NCBI GenBank assembly: GCA_020137815.1
Contig: CM035356.1
Coordinates: forward strand, 8,231,149 to 8,295,148
Source: Hormiphora californensis
Taxonomy: Eukaryota; Animalia; Ctenophora
Direction: 5' to 3'
DNA: 64,000 bases
Shown here: positions 12,352 through 23,800 of the stretch, in pieces
Numbering within the stretch: position 1 is the stretch's first letter
Layout of the letters: each line of letters starts with the position of its first letter
The notes under the pieces: model-generated
Database searches by the model: none
What the model was told of the DNA's origin: nothing
What the model saw: the letters and a program-made list of their open reading frames with translations, nothing else
Program-made: the position numbers and the translations under genes

Positions 12352-14022
12352 CTAGTTCAAATTGTCCTTCATCTCACTCCCACTGGGTTTACTGGAATGG
12401 TGAACATCTGTTGAGGGGTTCCATTTGCATTGATCATTGTTCTGGAAATCCGGATTTCTGTCTCTAGCACTAGGTCCATAATCATACACTCCACCGTATC
12501 CTGGCTGGGCATGTGGCCTCTGATACTGTGTGTAATGTGGATCCAGTGGTCTGAACGGGTAGGGCAAAACTGGCTGATACTGCTGCAGCTGGTGAGACTG
12601 GAAACCGTAGTTTGGGTACGGCAAGCTGCTGGGTATGTTAGTAGGGGCAAATTGAGGGGCATTAACATCTGGATTTGCAGGGGGATTGCACAGTGGATTT
12701 AGATGCTGGTTTTGTGGGGCATCGTTTACCTGTGTTCGCAGAGCTGTTATGGTAATCAGGTTTCCTTCCCTTATCTTGCTGAGAGCCCGGTACGAAGATT
12801 CCAACAGCAGTGCTTCTTCGTATAATTCAGCAAAGGTCATCTCGGTTTGAAGCCGGAGAAGTCGTAACCCAGTCTCTTGTCTCTTCACACCAGACGCCAA
12901 CGCATCCTTCAGCATGCTCTCTCGGACGGCAACCTCCCCTTGCGAAGACCCACTATGTGGTCAAAACGCGCATTTGTCCGATAGGAATCCTCCGTTTTGA
13001 GGGGTTTTGCGCGATTTTGTTAGGCGCTTTCAGGGAGCGTGCACGCTTGCGTGTGCTGTCAAACACCCTGGAAATTGTGTAGCAGTTGTAGGTAATCGTC
13101 TAAAGATCATTTTGCTACCCATAACTTGGCTGAAAGTGCGGTAGGTTTTGGACAGCACGGCATCAAAGTTCGTCCTATAGCCCAAAAACTGGCTTCTGTT
13201 CAAAGCGCAACCTAAATTTTGGTATCAAAAGAAAGCTAGGGGGCTAGAGATTACTATGCAACCTTTCCATCGCAACCGGTCCGATGCGGTCATGTATTAA
13301 ATGCGACATTTATGCTAAAAAAGCGCTTGTCAGCGCTGGTTTTACACGTAAAAACGCGCAACGAGGTTGGATCTTGGTCAAAATTGAGCCTCTACTGCGC
13401 GTTTTCTATCAAAATCACTAGATCTCGCGAGCCTATCGGACATGACCACATAGTGAGACCCAGGAAAGGCGATATCTGCTAGCTGTTTGATCCGGATCCC
13501 GAACTCAAGAACCGTCTCCTCCTCGCGTTGTACCTCAGTCCTTAGTCGAAATCGGGCCTGCACTGCATTCTGTCCCTCGTACCTCTGCATACATTTTATG
13601 GTGTCATTCCGGAATTCATCCCAGTCCTCATACCTGTGAAGCTCCTTCTCCTTCAACTTGTTCTTTGTTTCCACGTCCAGGTATGTGAAGAGAAGTTTGA
13701 CTGCATCACCTCCAGATAGACCAACAATCTCCCTATACGTCTCGAAGGCATTCAAATACTGGCTGAGTATCATCTTGGAAGGATCGAATGGGTCCGGCTT
13801 TCTACCTGCTGTTAGGGTAGCGATGTTTGGTATACCACGTGCTCTTCTCAGGCCAGTTCCAGGGGTCTTGAAATTCCGTCCTTCCTCTGACTCCGACGAC
13901 TCAGATACACTGAGTTTAGCTCCATTGCCAAGGTGTTTCTTCTGGTTGTTGGTCGTGGTCCCATCAAGGTCACCATTGTACACTGGGTGCGGTGGGGGAA
14001 CTTCCATATGATCATTGCCCAT
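12352..14022 (-). pseudogene. gag: Gag-like ORF (386 aa once the 12951-13455 insertion and one TSD are removed)
   Basis: ORFs 13378-14022 and 12352-12915 join in frame (...LADIAFPGS|SQGEVAVRESMLKDALASG...); capsid-like motifs WDEFR and QREEETVLEFGIRIKQLADIAF. Confidence 0.75.
12951..13455. mobile_element. 505-bp non-autonomous Transib/ProtoRAG-like DNA transposon
   Basis: 13-bp TIR CACTATGTGGTCA ... TGACCACATAGTG; 5-bp TSD AGACC (12946-12950 and 13456-13460); excision restores the gag frame. Confidence 0.85.
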
Positions 14023-14423
14023 GATGTTTCCCTTTACCCTTTGATTGCAAATTCAAAACACAGAAGCTGGCGGGGACCACTAACGGTTATAAGACAGTCG
14101 AGTACAGAATCTGAATCTTCACAATTCACATCTCAAAATATAATCTCTTTCTCTATTATTCTCTCACTCTATATCAGGATCTCACTCTCACTATGTCTCT
14201 CTCTATCTCAAATACTTTCTCTCTCTAAATCTCTCCAACTCTGAGACTCTATAACTCTCCTACTCTCTCCACTCTCATCCTCTCTCTCTAACTCCTCGCG
14301 AGACTCTCGGACTGACAGTTAATTCATGTTGCCACGCTAACTGGTCGGAGCTGCACCTATTAGGGACCACTCCAAACCGGACGTAGCGTCTCAACACAAC
14401 TTAACTGCCAACCGATATCTCTC

Positions 14424-14477
<54 letters not shown>

Positions 14478-14989
14478 ACTCTATCTCTCTCACTCTATCT
14501 CTCTCTCTCTCTGGCTTGCTCTGTGAATGACATGATGAATATGTGACTATGTGACTAGATAACATGTGACAATACAGAAATGAAAAGAATCAAGCCCTAA
14601 TGCAATATGAGTGTGATCACCACCAAAAGGACAGGACAAGACACGACACATAGATACTACAAAACAGGCACGATCATAAAAAACAACCAACTACACGATA
14701 TGCACACAGTGCACACTATGAGCGGTTCGCTAATTACGCCAATTAGTTAATTAGCTACCCCTTGTCAGCGCCCCTCGCGCGGACGTCGTACGCGCTATAA
14801 TAGCGCCGCGCCAAGCATGTAAAAGCATGTAAAAGCTTCTTCATCTTCTAAATTAAGTTACCATAGTATATTTAAAGTTTCAGAGCGTTACGTCAAAAGA
14901 CACGCAAATGGGAGACACAAACGTGCCCTAAACCGAGATAGACTATACAAGTGGCCCTCAGCGAGCACGTTGCGCGGCTGTTTAGTATA

Positions 14990-15175
14990 CGTGCCACTGA
15001 AAGAGTAACCTCTCGAGGGAGTCTGTTCCATAGTTGAGGTGCCCTGAAGCTGAACGAGTTGTACAAGTACAACTGACCTGCCCATTTGGAATCTGCCCAG
15101 TAAGGGTATTTCTGTGTCTTTGATCTATAATGAAACAATTAAAATTAAATTTGAAACATTTTATTGGATCAGCAG
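14990..15175 (-). mobile_element. 3' fragment of a LINE (CR1/L2-like) ORF2
   Basis: NSFSFRAPQLWNRLPREV matches the SF..R....WN.LP motif at the end of LINE RT ORFs. Confidence 0.55.
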
Positions 15176-15229
15176 TCAAATTTGGTACGCGCAAATGATA
15201 CGCCGCGCAATGCTCTCAGAACGAATGCG

Positions 15230-16595
15230 CGCGACGCGACTTATTTTGGTTCTTTTCTAACAGTAAAGTCCAATTTTTTATTTAAAGTGGAATTTTTATT
15301 TAAAGTCGAATTTTTTATTTAAGCGACAGGCCGCCGCGCATTCAAAGAGGTCGCGCGGCGTTGTATTTGCGCGTGATAATCGAGATCAAGTTCCTGGTAA
15401 TCTTAAGACTTGAACCCGGAAGCGTTGGAAAGGTAATTTCAAGACCTTTCCAACGCAACTAAGATCAATTCTTTATCTTATCAGGAACTGGAGATATGAG
15501 CGAAAAGGTTTCTCGAATTGTCACGCGCAAATACAACGCCGCGCGACTTCTTTGAATGCGCGGCGGCCTGTCGCTTAAATAAAAAATTCGACTTTAAGCG
15601 ACAGGCCGCCGCGCATCAAAATGCAGCGCTTGAACGCAATTTCCGGTTTACCGCTGTTCCTGATAAGCTAGTGACTTTTTCTTGGCGCCATTGGAAAGAT
15701 AAAATTTTTACCTTTACAAATCCAACGCAACCAAGAGCAAGACTTTATCTTATCAGGAACCGGAGATATGACCAATTAACTAGTTTTTTGTGCGCGGCGG
15801 CCTGTCGCTTAAATTTAAAATTCAACTTTAAGCGACAGGCCGCCGCGCATCAAAATGCAGCGCTTGAAATCGATTTCCGGTTCCTGATGAGCTAGCGACT
15901 TTTTCTTGGTGCCATTGGAAAGATAAAAATTTTATCTTTCCAACGCAACCAGGATGAAGTCTTTATCTTATAAGGAACCATAATAAAGTTCAAGAGCCTC
16001 CAAGAGCACCCAAGAGCGCACCCGATCGAAGAGAGACCACACCTGAGAGCGCACCACACCCAAAAGAGACCACATCCAAGAGCGCACCACCTCCAGAAGA
16101 CACCACTTCAAGAGCGCACCACATCAAAGAGAGCTCCCCATCCAGAAGATACCACGCGCAGGGGACACCACGCGCAGAAGAGACCAGCGCGGCGTTGTAT
16201 TTGCGCGTGCGGTCTCTTCTGCGCGTGGTGTCCCCTGCGCGCGGTATCTTCTGGATGGGAGCTCTCTTTGATGTGGTGCGCTCTTGGAGTGGTGTCTTTT
16301 GGAGGTGGTACGCTCTTGGATGGGGTGCGCTCTTGAACTTTATTATGGTTCCTTATCAGGAACCGGAGATATGACCAAATTACCAATTGAGTGCGCGGCG
16401 GCCTGTCGCTTAAATAAAAAATTGGACTTTATCGATCATGCTAAAGTCGGATTTTTTGAAACTGTCACCCCCTTTTCGTGCGCGGAATGTTTTTGCGCGT
16501 CACATCACATGTTAACGTGTGGTGTGCGCGTCAAAATTGATGAATTTCACATGCACGGTCGTTTTGGGGTGACAGTTTCAAAAAATCCGACTTTA
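15230..16595. repeat. Complex foldback/MITE-derived repeat cluster
   Basis: cgcggcggcctgtcgcttaaat and ttatcaggaaccggagatatg modules in both orientations; IR aaagtcggattttttgaaactgtcacccc ... ggggtgacagtttcaaaaaatccgacttt at about 16443-16593. Confidence 0.7.
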
Positions 16596-16596
16596 T

Positions 16597-18500
16597 CTCC
16601 TGCAAGCTTGGAGGATTTGTTAACTACAGGCACGACAACGTGAGAGACTTTATTGCGAAAGAGCTTAGCACTGTCGGCCTCGATACCAAGGTCGAACCTC
16701 ACCTTCTCAACGTTCGGGGGACGTCCCTTCCAGCTGGGACCATAGGGATCCCTAAAAAAGTTCAGTATTTACACAGAGTTTACACAGTCTTTACACAGTC
16801 GTTACACCCAGAGCGCCCGCGCCGCTCTGGGTGTAAAGACTGCGTCTTTCGCACTCGATTTGCAGCGTTTTCGGAAACTTTTTTCGCCGCAGCGCTCAAT
16901 TTACTCAATTGTGCAGCACACAATCCAATATTTTCTTAGAAAAAGCCGCAAAACGCAGCACGCGCCGCTCTGGGTGTAAAGTTTGGAATGCGCTGCAGCC
17001 CCCTCATGCGCGCACCCCCGCAACGAGGGGACTGGAGGGAATGCCGCGCGCGCGTTTGGCCAGATCTGGCCAGAGTCGAAAATAACTTTGCGAGCGAAAA
17101 AACGGCGGTGCTTATAACTTTGGCCCCTGAAGTCCGTTTGACTTGATTCTTTCACCAGTTGTTAGATCTGACAATTATCTACCTTGCTGTTTTTGAGAGA
17201 AGTTAATTGGACTTGAGGAGGCTGAGCAATAGCCGTTCAAAGATTGGTTGTTTTCAAAAAGTGACGTCACAGGTCCCTGCAGGGACAATTTTGTTTCAAA
17301 TTTGAATTAAAATCTCGAATTTTTTATTTTACCGCACTCGATTTTGCGGAGTTTCGTTCATATCTCCTGTTCCTGATAGGGATCCCTAAAAAAGTTCAGT
17401 ATTTACACAGAGTTTACACAGTCTTTACACAGTCATTACACCCAGAGCGCCCGCGCCGCTCTGGGTGTAAAGACTGCGTCTTTCGCACTCGATTTGCAGC
17501 GTTTTCGGAAACTTTTTTCGCCGCAGCGCTCAATTTACTCAATTGTGCAGCTCACAATCCAATATTTTCTTAGAAAAAGCCGCAAAACGCAGCACGCGCC
17601 GCTCTGGGTGTAATGACTGTGTAAAGACTGTGTAAACTCTGTGTAAATACTGAACTTTTTTAGGGATCCCTATAAGATAGAGACCTGAAACCGGTTGCAT
17701 TTGAAAGCTGTTATCTTCCTCTTTCCAACGCTACCAAAACGATTTCTGTACCTTATCTGGAACCGGAGATATGATTGATTATGTATTCCCCCCCAGCGCG
17801 GTATTCCCTCCAGGCCCCTTATATTATATTATAAGGGGCCTGCAACGTATGCCAAGTGTAAAGTCCATTTTTTTTCAACTGTTCACCCAAAAACTGAAAT
17901 TTGATAAAAATTAGAATTTGGGTGGCGCGCGCTACACGTTAACATGTGATAAACGCGCAAAACAATTCCGCGCACGACTTTGGGGGGTGAACAGTTGAAA
18001 AAAAATGGAGTATAATGACTGTGTAAAGACTGTGTAAACTCTGTGTAAATACTGAACTTTTTTAGGGATCCCTATCACAGCAGACGGGGCTCGCCTTGAC
18101 AATTGACATCAGAACCCGTGGACTCTGGTCAAGCTTAGACTGTACCTATTTTGACGTAAGGATTTTTAATCCAAGGGTAAAGTCTAATGCCAACCAGAGT
18201 ATACAGAAGATCTATGAGAAGCATGAAATTGAGAAGAAGAAAGCTTATCTGCAACGAGTTCTCCAGGTTGAGAAGGCGGTGTTCACTCCGCTTGTCATGT
18301 CAACATCAGGCGGACTTGGTAGAGAATTTCAGAACACACTGAAACAGTTGGCCCACCGAAAATCTTCCAAAACTGGATATGAGCGCCAGGACTGTATTCG
18401 GTATCTTAGACTGCGCTTATCATTTGCGATGGACGATGGTTCGCTCAATAACTGTATCGATTAGGGGATATCGGGGCAGGGGCAAGGCGGCTGCAAGTGA
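16597..18500 (+). mobile_element. CRE-like non-LTR retrotransposon 3' fragment (restriction-like endonuclease domain), interrupted at 16744-18073
   Basis: Left part CKLGGFVNYRHDNVRDFIAKELSTVGLDTKVEPHL...AGTI continues after the insertion as TADGARLD..IRTRGLW...YFDVRIFNP...EKKKAY...FTPLVMSTSGGLG, the typical RHD / ARLDI / DVR / PLV..GG motif series. Confidence 0.8.
16744..18073. mobile_element. Composite TIR element with AGGGATCCCT ends inserted at AT; contains an inner copy at 17378-17671
   Basis: TIR of about 60 bp agggatccctaaaaaagttcagtatttacacagagtttacacagtctttacacagtc at 16744 and 17378, reverse copies ending at 17671 and 18073; AT on both sides of each. Confidence 0.8.
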
Positions 18501-18986
18501 CGCTGATGAATATTTATATCGTATGGACTAATTCCACAATAATTTATTGATTCCATTGATTTCTACTGTATAATTTATTATAGATTTTATTTTAAGGCCG
18601 ATATTGGCCGCCCCCCTCAAAAAAAAAATCTTTTCTTACTTTTTTCGTTTTTTCTCTGGAGTTTTTTGAGAAATTCGGAATTCCTGGCTCCTGACCGATT
18701 TTCGCGAGCCTGGGTAGGGTGTGAAGTCACGCCAGCCTGTAAGTCGGTTACTGCTGACCTCGATTTTGGCCATTTTGGAGCTTTAGAAATCACAGTTATG
18801 AGTTAAGTTTTCGAGAGAAGTAAAAAATGCCGAAAATGGGCTTTGAAACAATTTGGCGGACGGGATTCGGGAATAAAACTCCGCGACTCCTGTATTCCTT
18901 AATCTGGGACACCGGCCTATGCTAACCAAATAATTTTTTGTAACATAGCCTATGCCCTATGTTTTCTGACCTCCAGGCTCCAGCTA

Positions 18987-20660
18987 ATGCTAGTAAACTT
19001 ACCCCTGGCCCCTACAGATATGGCAGACACGATATCAGATGATGACTCCATCATTGACATAGAAGAGATAGTGCAGGATGCAACAACCATCACTGAAACT
19101 GAGGTTGACATTCTGTCGGGTCTGGTGAGTGCCCGAACGGGAGGTATCCGTGGTAGGAGGTACGGTGAACCAGAGTTTATCCACTCTGAAGCAGAGGATC
19201 AGAAAGAGGATGGTGAGATAAGTGAGGATGATGAGGAGGATATTGATATTATGGAAGAGAGCGATCCACTACCGTCACCAGCTGTACACGAGTCACCAGC
19301 TGTAGTGGTGAAAACCGAGATCTTAGATTCCGGGTACAACTCACTTCTTGAATCTTTCCAGAGGAATAGTAACCCCAGTCCCAGACAAAAACCAGCACCG
19401 AAGCGTTCCCTGAAGCATGAAATATCAACCGCCAACGACATATATGATATCCAGAGCAGAATTGCTGGCGTTTTCGCACCCACTACTAACGGGGTTGAAA
19501 AACTAAAATCAGGATTCCAGGAGATCAGAATTAAAACTGAAATTGTGTCTGAAGACGAAGACGAGGAAGAGAAAGGAGGAGGGGGTCTACTAGATTTCAG
19601 TAGTAGTTCTGAAGATAGTGAAACTGAAGAGAAATGTGCTGTTCAATCAACAACTAGCGAACTGAACAGGGACCTAACGAGGAGTCTGCGGATCAAGGAG
19701 CCGTTTGCAGAGAGGTTTCCTACCGTGGAAATTGAAGAACTGACCCTAGGACCTCATGAAACCATCCAGTCTCTAGGACAGATAACAGAGATAGTGGACG
19801 ATTTTGTGGTAATTAAGGGGAGTAATCCGGACCAGGTTCTAGATGTGGAATCTATGGTGTTCAATTCGGAGAGACGGTGTGTTGGGTATGTTTTCGAGGT
19901 GTTGGGACCAGTTCGGGAGCCTTACTACTCCCTCCATTTCAACACCCACTCGGACATTGGAAGTTATGGGTTGGCAAAGGGCCAGGAGGTTTATTATGCA
20001 GAAAACACGCGGTACCACCGTATGCTGATGACTAACATGTTAAGTCAGATTCCTGCTGCCAGCGATGGAGAGGAGAGTGACGAGAGTGAAGAAGAATTAG
20101 AGGCTCCTCCACGACCAGTTAAAACTGCTAGGAGACGATTACAGAACAGGACGACACATAACTACTCAGTGAAGTTTAGTAGACCTGATCAGCGGCGGAA
20201 TGTGAGAAATCAGCAGCCTCCTGAGGCCCTGATATTTCCTTCTGTACCACAATCAATTGGTGTCGCAAAACCAACTATGCAACCAGAACGGCACCAAATT
20301 GTGAGAAATCAGCCAATGTTATCTCCGGATGTTCTCATCTTTCCTCCTGCTCCCACTGTACCTACCCAATCATCCCATCCTGCCACATCATTCCTTCGGC
20401 AGAAACCTAACTCACTGATGCAGTCTAATCAACCAACTGGAACTGCTGACTTGATTATATCGGAACACCAACCACCGAAACCTAAAATGCAGTCTAATCA
20501 GCCTGGAACTGCTGACCTTATTATATCGGAACAGCCGAAACAACAGAAACCTAAACAACCCCAGTTTCACAGAGACATGCCCAAGGAAAATAACAATTTC
20601 TTTAAAAATTCTGTTTTATCTAGTTTCATGGACCCTTTTTCACTTGACAAACCATCTTAA
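18987..20660 (+). CDS. NAF1: H/ACA ribonucleoprotein assembly factor NAF1 (Gar1/Naf1 domain), single exon, up to 557 aa
   Basis: LGQITEIVDDFVVIKG..VLDVESMVFNSERRCVGYVFEVLGPVREPYYSLHF core, acidic low-complexity N-terminus, Pro/Gln-rich C-terminus; start could be the second ATG at 19020. Confidence 0.88.
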   Translation: MLVNLPLAPTDMADTISDDDSIIDIEEIVQDATTITETEVDILSGLVSARTGGIRGRRYGEPEFIHSEAEDQKEDGEISEDDEEDIDIMEESDPLPSPAVHESPAVVVKTEILDSGYNSLLESFQRNSNPSPRQKPAPKRSLKHEISTANDIYDIQSRIAGVFAPTTNGVEKLKSGFQEIRIKTEIVSEDEDEEEKGGGGLLDFSSSSEDSETEEKCAVQSTTSELNRDLTRSLRIKEPFAERFPTVEIEELTLGPHETIQSLGQITEIVDDFVVIKGSNPDQVLDVESMVFNSERRCVGYVFEVLGPVREPYYSLHFNTHSDIGSYGLAKGQEVYYAENTRYHRMLMTNMLSQIPAASDGEESDESEEELEAPPRPVKTARRRLQNRTTHNYSVKFSRPDQRRNVRNQQPPEALIFPSVPQSIGVAKPTMQPERHQIVRNQPMLSPDVLIFPPAPTVPTQSSHPATSFLRQKPNSLMQSNQPTGTADLIISEHQPPKPKMQSNQPGTADLIISEQPKQQKPKQPQFHRDMPKENNNFFKNSVLSSFMDPFSLDKPS

Positions 20661-20802
20661 TTTTACTGACATTTAAAGTTTTTATTAATTTATTATTTTT
20701 AGTATCCAAACAGTTGTTATTAATTGGAATGCCCCCTTTTTAACATTATAATTATTTAATTAACATCTCCAATTTCTTTCTAGCGTTGGTGTTCCAGCTA
20801 TC

Positions 20803-23800
20803 ATGACTGTAAGTTGATACATCTCCCCAATGTTTGTCCTCCTTAAAACTCCAAAACTCTTCATCTGTCGTTTGTTATACTTTTTATACTAAAACAAGAA
20901 TATATTCTTGTTTTAGTAAAAATATGAACAATTGTATATCCACTATTTTCTCCCCGGCTTTAAAAATATGCCCGGTCCCCGCCCGGTCCCTATTACTCCA
21001 CATCTCTTACTCTCTCTATCCGTTGATCTCTCTATCCCTTAGAAGCCAGCTATCAAGGTTTGCATTACCGGAGGAGCGGGACAGATTGCCTACTCTCTCC
21101 TCCTGGAGGTTGCATCTGGGAAGGTGTTTGGTGCTGACCAGCCTGTAGTACTGCACCTCCTTGACATTGAGCCTTGTGTTCCCAAACTGCAGGGAGTTGT
21201 CATGGAGCTGGAGGATCTCGCTCTCTCACTTGTACAGGGTATGGAGGGGGACAGGGGGTGATAGGGGGTATTAGGGGGTATCAGGGTATGGAGGGGGACA
21301 GGCCACACAGGGGGTATTAGGGTATGGACGGGGACAGGGGGTAATAAGGGTGAAAAGAGGCGGGGATTCAATTAATATTGCGTGATTTGCAAAGGCCACT
21401 TCTCTCCGAGAAAGCCCCCCCCCTCTCTCTCTTTACCATCACTCCACTCAGGTGTTGTAGCTACATCTGACCCCCTCATCGCCTTCAAGGACATCGATGT
21501 TGCCCTGCTGCTCGGTGCCTTCCCTCGACTGAAGGGTGAGTGTTCAGTAGGGTGCTCCAAACTATAATACTATTCAGTTTATGTTCAGTGTTCAGTATAG
21601 TAATAGTTTCACATCACATTCGCGTCACTTGTTATGTTCTAACCCTCCTTTACATTTGCGGAGGGAAAGAGGGTCGAGCTAATGCCTAGGCAAAACACCA
21701 CATCTCTTATTAAACTTATAGTGTCTAACCCGGGCTATATCGGGTGGAATTTTATCTTCCTATATATAAGAACTAAGAAGAGAAAATTCCATATATGTAA
21801 TATGTAACCTAATTACTCTGCATGTGTGTCGTGTAAACTAGCTGTAGAATATTCCTATGTATGCATAAAATGATCCGGATAAATCTAGAACATTTTTATA
21901 ATCACTCTCTCAAGCTATATTTCACGATCTAGCAACTCAAGAATATCTGACAGTTCCATGTCACAACTCAAAACTTTACAGTTCTACAACATTAATTAAT
22001 TAATATTAATTATTAATTGATAATCTACACTGCAGGTATGGAGAGGAAGGACTTGTTGGCTAAGAACAATGCCATCTTTATCGAACAGGGAGGTGCACTA
22101 GACAAGGTAGCCAAGAAAACTGTGAAAGTGGTTGTGGTCGGGAACCCCTGCAACACTAACGCTCTGACCTGTATGAAGAACGCACCCTCCATCTCCCCTG
22201 CCAACTTTAGTTGCCTCACCCGGCTGGACCAAAATAGGGCCAAGGCTAAGGTTAGTAAAGTAGGACCAAAATAGGGCCAAGGCTAAGGTTAGTAAAGTAG
22301 GACCAAAATAGGGCCAAGGCTAAGGTTAGTAAAGTGGGACCAGAATAGGGCCAAGGCTAAGGTTAGTAAAGTGGGACTAAAATAGGGCCAAGGCTAAGGT
22401 TAGTAAAGTGGGACCAAAATAGGGCCAAGGCTAAGGTTAGTAAAGTAGGACCAAAATAGGGCCAAGGCTAAGGTTAGTAAAGTAGGACCAAAATAGGGCC
22501 AAGGCTAAGGTTAGTAAAGTAGGACCAAAATAGGGCCAAGGCTAAGGTTAGTAAAGTAGGACCAAAATAGGGCCAAGGCTAAGGTTAGTAAAGTAGGACC
22601 AAAATAGGGCCAAGGCTAAGGTTAGTAAAGTGGGACCAAAATAGGGCCAAGGCTAAGGTTAGTAAAGTGGGACCAAAATAGGGCCAAGGGTAAGGTTAGT
22701 AAAGTAGGACCAAAATAGGGCCAAGGCTAAGGTTAGTAAAGTAGGACCAAAATAGGGCCAAGGCTAAGGTTAGTAAAGTAGGACCAAAATAGGGCCAAGG
22801 CTAAGGTTAGTAAAGTGGGACCAAAATAGGGCCAAGGCTAAGGTTAGTAAAGTAGGACCAAAATAGGGCCAAGGCTAAGGTTAGTAAAGTGGGACCAAAA
22901 TAGGGCCAAGGCTAAGGTTAGTAAAGTGGGACCAAAATAGGGCCAAGGCTAAGGTTAGTAAAGTAGGACCAAAATAGGGCCAAGGCTAAGGTTAGTAAAG
23001 TGGGACCAAAATAGGGCCAAGGCTAAGGTTAGTAAAGTAGGACCAAAATAGGGCCAAGGCTAAGGTTAGTAAAGTAGGACCAAAATAGGGCCAAGGCTAA
23101 GGTTAGTAAAGTGGGGCCAAAATAGGGCCAAGGCTAAGGTTAGTAAAGTAGGACCAAAATAGGGCCAAGGCTAAGGTTAGTAAAGTAGGACCAAAATAGG
23201 GCCAAGGCTAAGGTTAGTAAAGTAGGACCAAAATAGGGCCAAGGCTAAGGTTAGTAAAGTAGGACCAAAATAGGGCCAAGGCTAAGGTTAGTAAAGTAGG
23301 ACCAAAATAGGGCCAAGGCTAAGGTTAGTAAAGTAGGACCAAAATAGGGCCAAGGCTAAGGTTAGTAAAGTAGGACCAAAATAGGGCCAAGGCTAAGGTT
23401 AGTAAAGTAGGACCAAAATAGGGCCAAGGCTAAGGTTAGTAAAGTAGGACCAAAATAGGGCCAAGGCTAAGGTTAGTAAAGTAGGACCAAAATAGGGCCA
23501 AGGCCCAAGGCTAAGGTTAGTAAAGTAGGACCAAAATAGGGCCAAGGCTAAGGTTAGTAAAGTGGGACCAAAATAGGGCCAAGGCTAAGGTTAGTAAAGT
23601 AGGACCAGAATAGGGCCAAGGCTAAGGTTAGTAAAGTAGGACCAAAATAGGGCCAAGGCTAAGGTTAGTAAAGTAGGACCAAAATAGGGCCAAGGCTAAG
23701 GTTAGTAAAGTAGGACCAAAATAGGGTCAAGGCTAAGGTTAGTAAAGTAGGACCAAAATAGGGCCAAGGCTAAGGTTAGTAAAGTGGGACCAAAATAGGG

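Larger units (their letters stand above)
10690..14715 (-). mobile_element. Gag-only (non-autonomous) Ty3/Gypsy-like LTR element
   Basis: Direct repeats of more than 200 bp ending at 11108 and 14715 (both start TGTGCAC on - strand and run into a GA tract); PPT-like gaaggggcgat abuts the 11108 copy; gag ORF inside; no pol seen; outer end of the left LTR unresolved. Confidence 0.75.
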
